DNA of 64,000 nucleotides, from NCBI GenBank assembly GCA_009995545.1, contig JAACPI010000003.1, forward strand, positions 5,781 to 69,780, given 5' to 3'. Made by a program: the position numbers and the translations under genes. The DNA comes from a bacterium. Its GTDB lineage: Bacteria > Patescibacteriota > WWE3 > 2-01-FULL-39-13 > JAACPI01. The stretch's first letter is position 1; each line of letters starts with the position of its first letter. The notes below the pieces were generated by a model. That model worked only from the letters and a program-made list of their open reading frames with translations. It was not told the DNA's origin and ran no database searches. Below, in pieces: positions 1-9,887 of the stretch.

Positions 1-894
1 GTTAAAATTCCTTAGTTTTAAAAAAGATAAAAGCCCAAGTATTAAAGAAACTACCCAATAATAATTTCCGCAGGAACTGATATATATTAAAACTGCGGAT
101 AAAATAGCTAGAATTGATGCTAAAATTCTCCACTTAGTCTTAGAGAATAATAAAATTATTGTTAATAGCATTACCTGTGGGATAAATAGAAATAACCAGT
201 AATAATTTACACGACAGCTATTTTCACCTAAAACTTCACCTATAGATTTTTCGTTAAGGGTCTTATCCTTCTTAGGTTCAGTTTCAATTTTACTATTTTC
301 TTTTACTGTGTTGGGTTTCGCAGTTATACCCAATATTTCGGATACATAATCCCCTACATCTTGCAGGGTACTTTTAGTGTCTTTATCCTTAGTGCCATTA
401 TTATTATTTCCAGTCACTTCCTCTGCTTCAAAATTAAAGTCTAAATCAAAATATAAACGCAATGCTTGGTAGTCATTGTCTACGTCTAACATTGTAAGTG
501 TAAAAACGAATGTTTGTGTATTCTTGTTGGGAATTGCTCCTAACTTAACGTTTCCATTTTGTGCAAATTCCTTTAACGATTTAGGGCCATAAACTAAAGT
601 GGTTCCATTTTTTATAGATATTTCAATTACAGAATCTAGATCTGTATCTTTAAAATTATCGTTTTTTAAAACAACATAAGAATTGATAGGGTTAGGGTAC
701 TTATTTTGAATATCTACACTTTTAGATTCAGACCAAGAAGGGAAAACATTATCATATTGGAATAAGGGTAAATCAGAATCAATTTTACAATCGTTTTTTT
801 TACAAACCACTTTTCTATCAGCAGCCTTAACTGTATTAACGGCTACTAAAAGGTAAAATAGGGTGAATATCAGTAAAAAACTAAATTTCTTCAT
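1..894 (-). CDS. Secreted/membrane protein, 3'-truncated at window edge. Start codon at 894-892, N-terminal signal peptide (MKKFSFLLIFTLFYLLVAVNTVKA), hydrophobic C-terminal segments running off the window.
   Basis: Hand translation of the minus strand from ATG at 894. The open frame continues to position 1 with no stop, which is why it is absent from the ORF track. The frame was not machine-verified. Confidence 0.35.
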   Translation of the reverse strand, partial: MKKFSFLLIFTLFYLLVAVNTVKAADRKVVCKKNDCKIDSDLPLFQYDNVFPSWSESKSVDIQNKYPNPINSYVVLKNDNFKDTDLDSVIEISIKNGTTLVYGPKSLKEFAQNGNVKLGAIPNKNTQTFVFTLTMLDVDNDYQALRLYFDLDFNFEAEEVTGNNNNGTKDKDTKSTLQDVGDYVSEILGITAKPNTVKENSKIETEPKKDKTLNEKSIGEVLGENSCRVNYYWLFLFIPQVMLLTIILLFSKTKWRILASILAILSAVLIYISSCGNYYWVVSLILGLLSFLKLRNFN

Positions 895-2779
895 GGGCTA
901 TATCTTCTATTTTAACATTTTTTGGCCCTTCAGGATCTTTTGAATCAGGCACCTCTGTTTTTTCAGATACCTTCTCGACAATAACTTTTTGTTCTACTAC
1001 ATCTTCTTTTTTGTCAGCAGTATTAGTTAAAACTTCTTCAGTATCTTTAGCAACAGCAACCTCGGCATCCACAGGTTTCTCTTTGTTGTCAATAGGTTTT
1101 CCAAATATCTCAGCAGGCTCCTCTATAGTTATTTCTGCTTCTGCTTTCGACGATTGTTGAGGCAATATGTCCTCCTCATCAGATGAATCCATTTTGTTCT
1201 CCTCTGGCTCTGGTACAGGTTCGGGAGCAATACTATCCGTAGATAGACCCTCTTCAGGTTCATTTTCTATTGTAGTAATATTTTCTACATCGTCGGTTTT
1301 TAGGGGTATAGCCTCAATAACTTCTGTAACAAAAGTATCGTTACTAGAGTGATTTAAAGACTTGGGAGTTCCATAATCCTCCCCATCATCAGTATCCCAA
1401 TAAGTGCTGTCGTTGCACACAGCATCAATACAACTATGCCAATTTACAGGATCAGAGCCGTCTCCAGGGACACTATTTCGTTCCATAGATCTCTTTTGAA
1501 CAGTATTTTCCCCAGCAGCCCAGTTACCTGAAGGAGTTGTATCAATAAGGTCATTATGTAAATCGTAAAGCTGTAATAACTCGCCAGAGGTGTCTAAATT
1601 TAAAAGAGGTTCTACAAGATTAGAACTTATAGAGTCTGATATTGCGGAATTTGTTGTTACATACTTTGAGAGTAATAAGTATTCACCGACACCCAGTGTA
1701 CCGGACAAAGTAACACTAGTGTCACCCTCACCTGCTCCGTTTAAAGTCCACCCTGTTAAATTAACTATATTTGAGGAGTTATTATATAACTCAACCCACT
1801 GATCCTCAGTACTGTTTGTAGAACCAGACCAATAAACCTCATTTATTATAATGTCTCGAAGAACGTATTTAGGAGCCAAGGAAAACTGCAAACTTTCGGC
1901 GCTCATTAAAAATGGACCACCTGGATCAGAATTGGATGCTGAAATTTTTATTAACATTTGATCAGAAATTAAGGTAGTAGGTGTACTCCAAGTATAAGAT
2001 CCGTTATTAAAGGGTAAGAATGCAAATTCAACAAAATTTGCACCACCGTCTTCTGAGTATGATAGTTGAATAAGTAAAGAATTATCTGGTAGGTTGCCCG
2101 TACTTGTAGCCTCCCAATTTACAACAATATCACTACCAATTTCATATCTTTCCCCACTTAAAGCTCCAGGATTAATGGCTAAGACATAGGGCTCCCAGCC
2201 TAATGTGTAAATTGAATTCGTATTACTTTGTTCAGTATCAGAAAACCCTTCCCCTTCGTTAAGATCGGCTTGCCAGGAATTTAATTTGATGTCGAAGTTG
2301 CAATTTTTGTTTTGCAAAGACGCATCATCTGGTACAGAAGTTTTAAAATCCAAAGTATCCTCTAGATCACTTACTGTAAACTGCTGATTTTTAAGGTCAA
2401 CAAATTTACCACTATATTCAATAGAACCGTCAATAGATAACTCTAGGTCTAAGGAGTTACACAAACTATCGCTGCCCGAAATATTTAAAAGTTGAACTTT
2501 GTACTTAAAATCTAAACCGCCTATTTTAACTACTTTTATTTTAGAAATTACTGGGATACTTGGTGAGATCTGTGTACTGTCAAAGATCGGATTTCCTAAA
2601 CTCTCATCATCAGTATCTCTAATAGAAAAGTCTAAGGTGGCCAACTTTAAACTACTGTTTAAAGAAGTTTCGTTGTCAGAGTAGCTAGCTAAAACTGTAT
2701 CGTTTCTAGCTAAACTAATAATAACGAAAACAAGGTATACAAGGGTTTTAAAAAAGTTTCTTAAATTTAGGCGATGCAT
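881..2779 (-). CDS. Secreted surface protein with lamin-tail-domain (LTD)-like region and acidic K/E/D-rich C-terminal low-complexity tail
   Basis: Signal peptide MHRLNLRNFFKTLVYLVFVIISLA. LTD-like block IINEVYWSGSTNSTEDQWVELYNNSSNIVNLTGWTL. Overlaps the sipW stop by ~30 nt, consistent with an operon. Confidence 0.55.
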   Translation of the reverse strand: MHRLNLRNFFKTLVYLVFVIISLARNDTVLASYSDNETSLNSSLKLATLDFSIRDTDDESLGNPIFDSTQISPSIPVISKIKVVKIGGLDFKYKVQLLNISGSDSLCNSLDLELSIDGSIEYSGKFVDLKNQQFTVSDLEDTLDFKTSVPDDASLQNKNCNFDIKLNSWQADLNEGEGFSDTEQSNTNSIYTLGWEPYVLAINPGALSGERYEIGSDIVVNWEATSTGNLPDNSLLIQLSYSEDGGANFVEFAFLPFNNGSYTWSTPTTLISDQMLIKISASNSDPGGPFLMSAESLQFSLAPKYVLRDIIINEVYWSGSTNSTEDQWVELYNNSSNIVNLTGWTLNGAGEGDTSVTLSGTLGVGEYLLLSKYVTTNSAISDSISSNLVEPLLNLDTSGELLQLYDLHNDLIDTTPSGNWAAGENTVQKRSMERNSVPGDGSDPVNWHSCIDAVCNDSTYWDTDDGEDYGTPKSLNHSSNDTFVTEVIEAIPLKTDDVENITTIENEPEEGLSTDSIAPEPVPEPEENKMDSSDEEDILPQQSSKAEAEITIEEPAEIFGKPIDNKEKPVDAEVAVAKDTEEVLTNTADKKEDVVEQKVIVEKVSEKTEVPDSKDPEGPKNVKIEDIAHEEI

Positions 2780-3188
2780 ACCAAATTCCTAAAATTAAAA
2801 ATGCTGCAGACAAAAAATATTTATTAGTTAGATAACCTAGAAAAGGTAAGGTTAAGAAGACCCTTCCAACTATATCTTTAGAGTCTACAAGGTTTAAATC
2901 GGCAGAATCATTTGCGTCTCCTTTGGTTTGTAAATAGCCATCCATAATTGAAATTATCCTGTGTGTTACAGTAGAATTTGACTTTTTATAAGTTACAATC
3001 TGCTGTACTTTATAACTTTTTGCAGGAAGTACAACCACAATGCTGTTTTTCTTAATTGTCGGTGACATTGATCCCGATTTAACTGTGTATAAAAATATTT
3101 TATTCGTGTAAACCGATATAAAAACAGAAAGTAGTATTAAGGAACTTAAATTAAAGTATAAGTTTTTTTTATCTAGCACTTTATCCAC
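2748..3188 (-). CDS. sipW: Signal peptidase I, archaeal/eukaryotic type (S26B, SipW-like)
   Basis: Single N-terminal TM helix, then the SGSMSPT catalytic-Ser motif, and a downstream conserved His (VTHRI). Size 146 aa. Confidence 0.7.
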   Translation of the reverse strand: MDKVLDKKNLYFNLSSLILLSVFISVYTNKIFLYTVKSGSMSPTIKKNSIVVVLPAKSYKVQQIVTYKKSNSTVTHRIISIMDGYLQTKGDANDSADLNLVDSKDIVGRVFLTLPFLGYLTNKYFLSAAFLILGIWYASPKFKKLF

Positions 3189-3781
3189 TATTGTTGTTCT
3201 AAATTAAATTCAACATCAAAATTTACAGAGTCTCCTTGAATATTGTTATCTACATTGAGGGGTAATGTAAAGAGTAATTCAAAAGTAGCCGTTTCATTAT
3301 AATCTATTATGTTTGCACCTGTAGAAGCAAACTCGGAATCGCCAGCGTTACTTGGCGACCAGCAATAATTATTTAAAGTGTCCAAAGATGTATCTACGTC
3401 GACCAAAGAAAAAGAGTTAATCTTACTGTTTACCAGCAAACTTGCGCCAAGTTCACCGGGGTTTCCATCGGATTCAAACTCAGTAGTTCCAGTACTTTCG
3501 ACGTTGGTAACATTTTTAATACATATTGTGGGTTTTCCGGGTACAGAACCGATATTCTTTAATGTAAAGATATTAGATTTAGAATCACCGGGAACCAAAT
3601 CATTAAATGTAAAGTTTTGCACATTGCTTCCTTGGTTATCATCAACAGTCAAATCCAAAGTACCGGCAGCTAAAGCATTTCCGTTGGATGTTTCTTGGTC
3701 AGTAAAAAGTGAAGATGTGGGTAAAGAGAATCTGTTTAGTAATGCTAAAGAAAAGATAACTAACAACAAGTAGTTTTTCAT
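3188..3781 (-). CDS. TasA/camelysin-family (SipW-cognate) secreted protein
   Basis: N-terminus MKNYLLLVIFSLALLNRFSLPTSSLFTDQETSNGNALAAGTLDLTV matches the SipW-dependent signal and AGTLDL core seen in TasA/CalY-like proteins. Immediately adjacent to sipW. Confidence 0.6.
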   Translation of the reverse strand: MKNYLLLVIFSLALLNRFSLPTSSLFTDQETSNGNALAAGTLDLTVDDNQGSNVQNFTFNDLVPGDSKSNIFTLKNIGSVPGKPTICIKNVTNVESTGTTEFESDGNPGELGASLLVNSKINSFSLVDVDTSLDTLNNYCWSPSNAGDSEFASTGANIIDYNETATFELLFTLPLNVDNNIQGDSVNFDVEFNLEQQ

Positions 3782-3884
3782 AAGAATGCAAACTTAGTCA
3801 ACAATACCTATAGTATCTTTTATTGAAAATACAGTAAAGACTTACAGGCCTGTGGTATTAACAAACCTGTAAATCTAATACTAA

Positions 3885-4445
3885 CTAATATACTGGGGTT
3901 TCTGCCACAAATACTTCATCCCAAGTACAAGTTTCACCTTGAACGTCGTTGGTAGCATTCTCATCAATTTGAGCTCTTTGTTGTATAGCCATAGTCTCAG
4001 TTATTCCCAAATACTGGGAAACATAGCTAGTAACCTCTACCTTGTTGGAAACACCCTCTAAATCTACGATAGGACCTAGATATATATCTGTACCTCTCTC
4101 AGCGGTGTTCGTACCTAGTACACCCGTTGTAACCTGTAGGTTAACTTCATCGCACAGTAAACCACTAGTATTTTCTAAATACATAAAAACTCTTACAGAA
4201 GTACTGTAGTCCTCATTATATATTTCTGCTCTAGCCCAATCAGTCCACTGAGTAGGCACCAAATTAGAAACATTTACAGGTTTTTCAATAATTCCAGATG
4301 TTAGAGCTTGCAGAGTAATATCTACCGTTGCAGAGCTTAGGGTATTATTATCAATTCTTTCGGTATCACTAAAAACTGAATAAGTGTAACCTACACCAAG
4401 CAAGACAATGATAAATCCTATTGTTAAAGTTAAATATTTTTTCAA
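3885..4445 (-). CDS. Second TasA/camelysin-like SipW-cognate secreted protein
   Basis: MKKYLTLTIGFIIVLLGVGYTYSVFSDTERIDNNTLSSATVDITL has the same signal-peptide architecture. It is in tandem with the first. Confidence 0.5.
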   Translation of the reverse strand: MKKYLTLTIGFIIVLLGVGYTYSVFSDTERIDNNTLSSATVDITLQALTSGIIEKPVNVSNLVPTQWTDWARAEIYNEDYSTSVRVFMYLENTSGLLCDEVNLQVTTGVLGTNTAERGTDIYLGPIVDLEGVSNKVEVTSYVSQYLGITETMAIQQRAQIDENATNDVQGETCTWDEVFVAETPVY

Positions 4446-4546
4446 TTAAATCACCTCCCTGTTTTGGGCAAGAGGTAGCTAAATATTAATAAATTTCAGG
4501 AAGACAGGATGTAGTAGAAATTACCAGATACTTACTTAATATGCAA

Positions 4547-5509
4547 TTAAGATCTAGGGTAATTCTTATTTAATACCGATTTAATATCTCTGTTTTCAAA
4601 AATAATTTCATGTAGGGAGTCTGCTAATTTTACGGCCTCGGATACATTACGCTGATGCAAGTTTCGACCAATTGCAACTCCACTAGTTTTAGACAAATGA
4701 ATTTGTTTGTAAATATCAAACAAGTACGCTTCAGGTGAAACAGCCTTCCCACCGGCAGTTACTAATCTAACCTTTCCAGCTAGCTGAACAGCTCTAGCAA
4801 GATTTTCGAGTTTTTTAGTATCTCTGGGTGCGTTTATTTTTATAAAATCCGGGCCAAGAACAGAAGCAGCTGTAACTGCGGTGGATATGACTAAAGGATC
4901 CTTTTCGTCTTTAACACCATTACCTTTAGGGTATACCCAAAGTATAAAAACTAGACCTTGACTATGTGCTTGCTTAATTAGGTTTGCAGCCTCCTCCATC
5001 ATTTGGCCTTCTTCTTCTATGCCAAAAAGTAAAGTATAACCTACAGCAGGTATGTTTAGGCCGGAATTCTCCTTTAAGTTAATTACATCCTCAATCGAGG
5101 ATAAACAAGAACCCTTCGAGTAGCCATAAGTATCTTTTCGTATTTTTGACTGTGAGTTTAACTTAACTATGTAAGGGATTTGGCTGAATTCCTTCCCGTA
5201 TCTGTTAATTAGACCTATCTGTGTGGCCAATCCGCTTACCTTTGACACAGAAGCAACATTAAACAAATGCGCAGGCGAAATATCTAAGGGAGTTATTCCA
5301 GGACCGTAAAAACTTGTCGATAGGTGCTCTATTCGCTGGTCTCCAGCAAACATTAGCAATTTTCCGGTACCAAAAGTAAGTTTATTATAATTATTTATAT
5401 AATTTTTTTCTTTTGAACTGGGTACATCTAAAGGTACTTGTACAGTAAAGTCGGGCAGATCTTTCATATACTTAATTATAGATAAAATAACAGTAAGTAT
5501 AAAGAGCAA
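4547..5509 (-). CDS. Class I fructose-bisphosphate aldolase (DhnA/FbaB archaeal type, DeoC/LacD superfamily). The true start is possibly an internal Met.
   Basis: DhnA-like blocks (GLVFILWVYPKG, VRLVTAGGKAVS, GVAIGRNLHQ). ~300 aa. Confidence 0.55.
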   Translation of the reverse strand: MLFILTVILSIIKYMKDLPDFTVQVPLDVPSSKEKNYINNYNKLTFGTGKLLMFAGDQRIEHLSTSFYGPGITPLDISPAHLFNVASVSKVSGLATQIGLINRYGKEFSQIPYIVKLNSQSKIRKDTYGYSKGSCLSSIEDVINLKENSGLNIPAVGYTLLFGIEEEGQMMEEAANLIKQAHSQGLVFILWVYPKGNGVKDEKDPLVISTAVTAASVLGPDFIKINAPRDTKKLENLARAVQLAGKVRLVTAGGKAVSPEAYLFDIYKQIHLSKTSGVAIGRNLHQRNVSEAVKLADSLHEIIFENRDIKSVLNKNYPRS

Positions 5510-5591
5510 AGTTTGTGCCAGTAGAATTGAGATGTATAATACAAATAGTTAAATTGATTTATTAATAAATTACTAAATAATTATTGTAAGT

Positions 5592-5984
5592 ATGGAACAG
5601 AAAAAATTTAACCTTATACCTTTGATAGTTGCCTTTGTTTTAATTGGAATCTTTATATATTTTTTAAAGCCCAATAAGCTTTCTACTTACGCCCGGGCCA
5701 AATTTGGAGTTAAAAACAAGGTTTTACTGTATGAACTAAATAAAGACGCAGACTACCCAACTAATAATTCCAACTTGGGTAATTTTTTTATAGCAAGAGG
5801 GATATCCGGGACAGCTTATGAAGATAATCAAAAAGAATACTACGTTACTATAGTGCCCCACGATGTAACCCCTAACACCGAGCTTGATTTCGGATTCAAA
5901 GAAATAACTCCAGATGAATTCTACAAAACGGTATATAGCACAAAGCAAATTTACTTTACGAGAACTTTAAAGCTAATTCACTAG
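5592..5984 (+). CDS. Hypothetical membrane-anchored protein
   Basis: N-terminal TM helix (LIPLIVAFVLIGIFIYFL). No recognisable motif. Confidence 0.4.
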   Translation: MEQKKFNLIPLIVAFVLIGIFIYFLKPNKLSTYARAKFGVKNKVLLYELNKDADYPTNNSNLGNFFIARGISGTAYEDNQKEYYVTIVPHDVTPNTELDFGFKEITPDEFYKTVYSTKQIYFTRTLKLIH

Positions 5985-6008
5985 AATCTAAATAAAAAAG
6001 AGTAAAGG

Positions 6009-8465
6009 CTACTTGTCTTTCTCCTCTTCGTTTCTGTTTTCTTTTAAAGAGTTAATATAGTCCTCGGAACAATGTTGTTTAGGTTGGCTGCCCTCTACAT
6101 AGTACTCAACAAAACCCCCGCAGCTGTGGCAACTTAACTGTCCCGTGATTGGGCAAATATTTGCCTTGTAAACTTGGCCTGGAGGATCTAAATCTAGATA
6201 ATTTTGTTCGTTTGTAACTTGCTTTATTATATTTGCCCATATGGGAGAGGCCCCCGTAATACCACTTGCCACATAGCTCATGGGAGTGTTGTCATTATTC
6301 CCAACCCAAGCTCCCACTGTGTATTCATCGTTAAAACCAATCGCCCAGTTATCCCTTAGATCATTTGTAGTACCTGTTTTAACACCAGTACCAAATACAT
6401 TTAAAATCGACACACCAAAAGCCTCTTTCCGAGCATTAAAATCAGATAAAATACTTTTTATAATAAAAGCATTTGACTCAGGGATTATGTTTGTACCGCA
6501 TTCCCCTGGTTTAAATAGAATTTTTTTATCTTTAAAGTCCTCTTCTGTATAAACACAAGGATTATACTCAATTATATCTCCCCCACTGTTTGTAATGTAC
6601 AGAATAGGGTTAACTGGTACTAGATTTCCCTTATTAGCAAACACGGAAAACCCTTGGTTTAGTTCCACCATGGTTACTTCTGCTGCACCTAAAGCCAGAG
6701 AAAGGCCGTAATAGTCTCTATCCCAGTGTTTAAAGCCGAATAATCGTGCATAATCAATAAAGTTATTAACACCATTTTTCTCTAACACCTTTACAGAGGG
6801 TATATTTAAAGAGTTTGCTAAAGCACGTCTAAGGGTAACTGGACCCCTAAATTTGCCGTCGTAATTAACCGGTTTGTAAACAGGAGACCCCGGGGTAGCA
6901 TAGCTTACAGGAGTATCTAAAATTATTGTTCCAGCAGTCATTCCATTTTTTATACCTAACGAGTAATTAAAAGGTTTTATACTACTACCGGGTTGCCTTA
7001 AAGAGGTAGTTAAGTTTACAAAACCGTCGATATCTTTAGCATAAAAATTTTTACTTCCTACCATGGCAACTACCTCGCCTGTTTTATTGTTAGTTATAAG
7101 AGCTGAACCATTACTAATACGTAGACTAGAAATTTTGGCTACTTCATCAGTTACAACATTTTGGGCGATATTTTGTTTTTCTGGGTCTAAAGATGTGTAG
7201 ACCCTGAGTCCGCCGTTATCAAAAAGGTACTCTCCGTATTTGTTTCTAATATAGTCCTCAATATAAAAAACAAAATGTGGGTATTTTATTTGTGTTACAG
7301 GGTACTGAATATTCAATTTTTGGTTTAAAGCATCTCTTGCCTGCGTGTTTGTTATGTACTCGTTTTTAACCATAAGCACCAAAACCTCTTCTTGCCGACT
7401 TTTACTTTGTGTAAGGTCTGCATAGGGGGAATTATCTGTTGGGGCAGTAGGAAGTCCCGCCAATAAAGCACTTTCTGCTAAGGTTAAATCTTTTGCATCT
7501 TTGTTAAAGTACATCTGAGAAGCTTCTTGTACTCCATAACTGGTACCCCCAAAGCTTACAGTATTTAAGTACATCTCTAATATCTCATTTTTAGGATACT
7601 TATAATCAACCATAACGGACATTACAGCTTCTTTAATTTTTCGCTCTAAAGTTTTTTCTGGCGTTAATAGAGTATTTTTTACCAGTTGTTGTGTTATTGT
7701 AGAACCCCCCTGTACTACATCTTTATTTTCAAAATTTTTGTAACCTGCCCTTAGAATACCTGTTAAAGAAATACCGTGATGGGAATAAAAATTATCATCC
7801 TCAACAGATAAAATAGCTTCAATTAAATAGGGGGGTAGATCGTTAATTGATACCAATGTTCTGTTTGTATCTTTATAATTTTTATAAAGTAAGTCGCCAT
7901 TTTTATCGTAAACATAAGAAGTCAGCCTTTTAGTTCCAACAACAACATTATTTGGGTTTGGTAAAGAATAAATTATATTAAAATAAAAATAGGAAGCTAT
8001 TAAAAATATTAAAAATAAAAATAATATATACAGTTTGGCCCTAAAGACAAACCAAAATCTAAAGGTTTTAACCACCTCTTTTTTTGTTCGATCTATTTTT
8101 TTGCTTTTTTTAAATTTTGGTAGTGTTAATGATTTAGATCTACGCTTAAATAGTTTAGTTGGAAATCTGTTTAATTTTATGCAGCGTGACTTTAAAACTT
8201 TTATGTAATTATTTAAAGATACAGTTTTTTCAGACCTGGCTTTTTTTATAGTTGTTCTTACCAAAATATAACTATTTCTAAATGTTTTATGAGTATTTTT
8301 TAAAAGAGTTTTTTTGTAAATATAAAGCTGGCTGACAAGTAAATAATACGAGTATTTAATATAGCTACCAAGGTATTTTACGAGAATCAAAATAAAATTA
8401 ATTACGCCTCGATATATATCAAAAACATCTTTTAAAATTATTTTAATTTCATTTAGTAAGGCCAT
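6009..8465 (-). CDS. ponA: Class A penicillin-binding protein (bifunctional glycosyltransferase/transpeptidase, PBP1A-like)
   Basis: GT51 motifs EDDNFYSHHGIS and GGSTITQQLVKN. Transpeptidase SXXK in SLRQPGSSIKPF. Long basic N-terminal leader with a TM helix. Cys-rich C-terminus. Confidence 0.85.
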   Translation of the reverse strand: MALLNEIKIILKDVFDIYRGVINFILILVKYLGSYIKYSYYLLVSQLYIYKKTLLKNTHKTFRNSYILVRTTIKKARSEKTVSLNNYIKVLKSRCIKLNRFPTKLFKRRSKSLTLPKFKKSKKIDRTKKEVVKTFRFWFVFRAKLYILFLFLIFLIASYFYFNIIYSLPNPNNVVVGTKRLTSYVYDKNGDLLYKNYKDTNRTLVSINDLPPYLIEAILSVEDDNFYSHHGISLTGILRAGYKNFENKDVVQGGSTITQQLVKNTLLTPEKTLERKIKEAVMSVMVDYKYPKNEILEMYLNTVSFGGTSYGVQEASQMYFNKDAKDLTLAESALLAGLPTAPTDNSPYADLTQSKSRQEEVLVLMVKNEYITNTQARDALNQKLNIQYPVTQIKYPHFVFYIEDYIRNKYGEYLFDNGGLRVYTSLDPEKQNIAQNVVTDEVAKISSLRISNGSALITNNKTGEVVAMVGSKNFYAKDIDGFVNLTTSLRQPGSSIKPFNYSLGIKNGMTAGTIILDTPVSYATPGSPVYKPVNYDGKFRGPVTLRRALANSLNIPSVKVLEKNGVNNFIDYARLFGFKHWDRDYYGLSLALGAAEVTMVELNQGFSVFANKGNLVPVNPILYITNSGGDIIEYNPCVYTEEDFKDKKILFKPGECGTNIIPESNAFIIKSILSDFNARKEAFGVSILNVFGTGVKTGTTNDLRDNWAIGFNDEYTVGAWVGNNDNTPMSYVASGITGASPIWANIIKQVTNEQNYLDLDPPGQVYKANICPITGQLSCHSCGGFVEYYVEGSQPKQHCSEDYINSLKENRNEEEKDK

Positions 8466-8627
8466 TCATTTAGGAGGGCAACAGGTAAATTAAGGTAACT
8501 GAAAGTTTGAAGGTATTTTATCTTATAGTAGTCACTTATACAATCATCTAATTATCTATAGTAGGGTTTTAAAGAGTAATTTAGGGTATTTTAAGTACCT
8601 TATAGATAAATTATAAATACTCCACCT

Positions 8628-9797
8628 TTATTTGGGGACGTATAAAGGGAGCGCACACTGGTAGGGTTTTGCTTTTTTCCTTCTAGATCTTTTTTTCGAT
8701 GTCTTTACGATAGGAACAGAATCCTGTTTCAATTCTACTGAAATATTCCCGCTGACTAAGTCTTGATATAAGATAGGATTTTGTTGCATAAAATTTGCAA
8801 ATTGGGCTAGCCTATAAAGTGCATTTTTAATCCGCGTGTCGCTAAGTTCAATTTGTAGAAATGAAAAATTATTTTTTGGACGATTATACGCATTGTGCAT
8901 CTTAAGATAATGGAAATGGCCCCGATATTTCTCAATTAGACCCCCTATCAATTCTGGGCTCATCTGTACCCAAGGCTCCAAAGACACCCTCTTATACTTA
9001 AGACAATCCTCTTCTATTGCAAGTAGGCCGGAAACCAATGTCATCAGTATTCTCATATCCCCTACTAGGGATTTTTTTCTTGTGGAAGGGGGGCTAGAAT
9101 CTAATAGAAAATACCGAGTAGACCCTAATCTATCCTGGTCAGATAAAATCATTGGTGTATAAACCCAGATTCTAAAGTACGGAAATCTGGTGTCACTCCC
9201 AGTTGGAAAATTCATATTAATACATCTCGTTAAACCTGGATAAAAATTCGTTTGTTTAGGGTCAAAACAGCCAGGTAGGTTATAGGGATTGTCATTAAAG
9301 GGGTTGTCTTCAAAACTAAAATGGGCGGCATTTATTATCTGAGATAACGTATCTAAAACTTCCTCAGGTAGTAAGTTTGGAGGAATACCTTTAGCAGCGC
9401 AATAATGGGTAAATACATAATCGATCTGTTGATATAAACTATGCCCATCGTAGCAGGTGGTTCCGGATAATTCAGCACCAGTTAATCCCAAATTTCTAAG
9501 CTGGTTGTCTGTAAATAAATATCTTAAATCCTCACCTCTTAAAACACCAAAGACAGTCCTATAAAACCCGGCTAATGAGGTTTGCACTTGAGCAGTCACG
9601 TCAAATTCATCTTTGCTCTGAATTGAAGCGGACACCTCTAATAATTTTTTTGGGGTGTAGCCGCCATTAGAATCTAAAAGCTCGTCTAAAATCCAAAGCG
9701 ATCCGGGGTTTAAAGTTGGGGAATTGGGAGATTCTTCCTCAGGATAATAAGCAGTCTCATCCAATAAATAATTATTTGTTGGTCTTAATGCAGACAC
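8628..9797 (-). CDS. Hypothetical protein with a basic C-terminal tail (KKRSRRKKAKP)
   Basis: Long ORF with slightly raised GC. No motif recognised. Confidence 0.4.
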   Translation of the reverse strand: MSALRPTNNYLLDETAYYPEEESPNSPTLNPGSLWILDELLDSNGGYTPKKLLEVSASIQSKDEFDVTAQVQTSLAGFYRTVFGVLRGEDLRYLFTDNQLRNLGLTGAELSGTTCYDGHSLYQQIDYVFTHYCAAKGIPPNLLPEEVLDTLSQIINAAHFSFEDNPFNDNPYNLPGCFDPKQTNFYPGLTRCINMNFPTGSDTRFPYFRIWVYTPMILSDQDRLGSTRYFLLDSSPPSTRKKSLVGDMRILMTLVSGLLAIEEDCLKYKRVSLEPWVQMSPELIGGLIEKYRGHFHYLKMHNAYNRPKNNFSFLQIELSDTRIKNALYRLAQFANFMQQNPILYQDLVSGNISVELKQDSVPIVKTSKKRSRRKKAKPYQCALPLYVPK

Positions 9798-9887
9798 TTA
9801 TAAATTTACCAAAATTTTTAATATATTACTATAAGTTTTTTTAACTTGTTGATTGCTCGTTACCTATAAATCAAATAGAATTTACCT

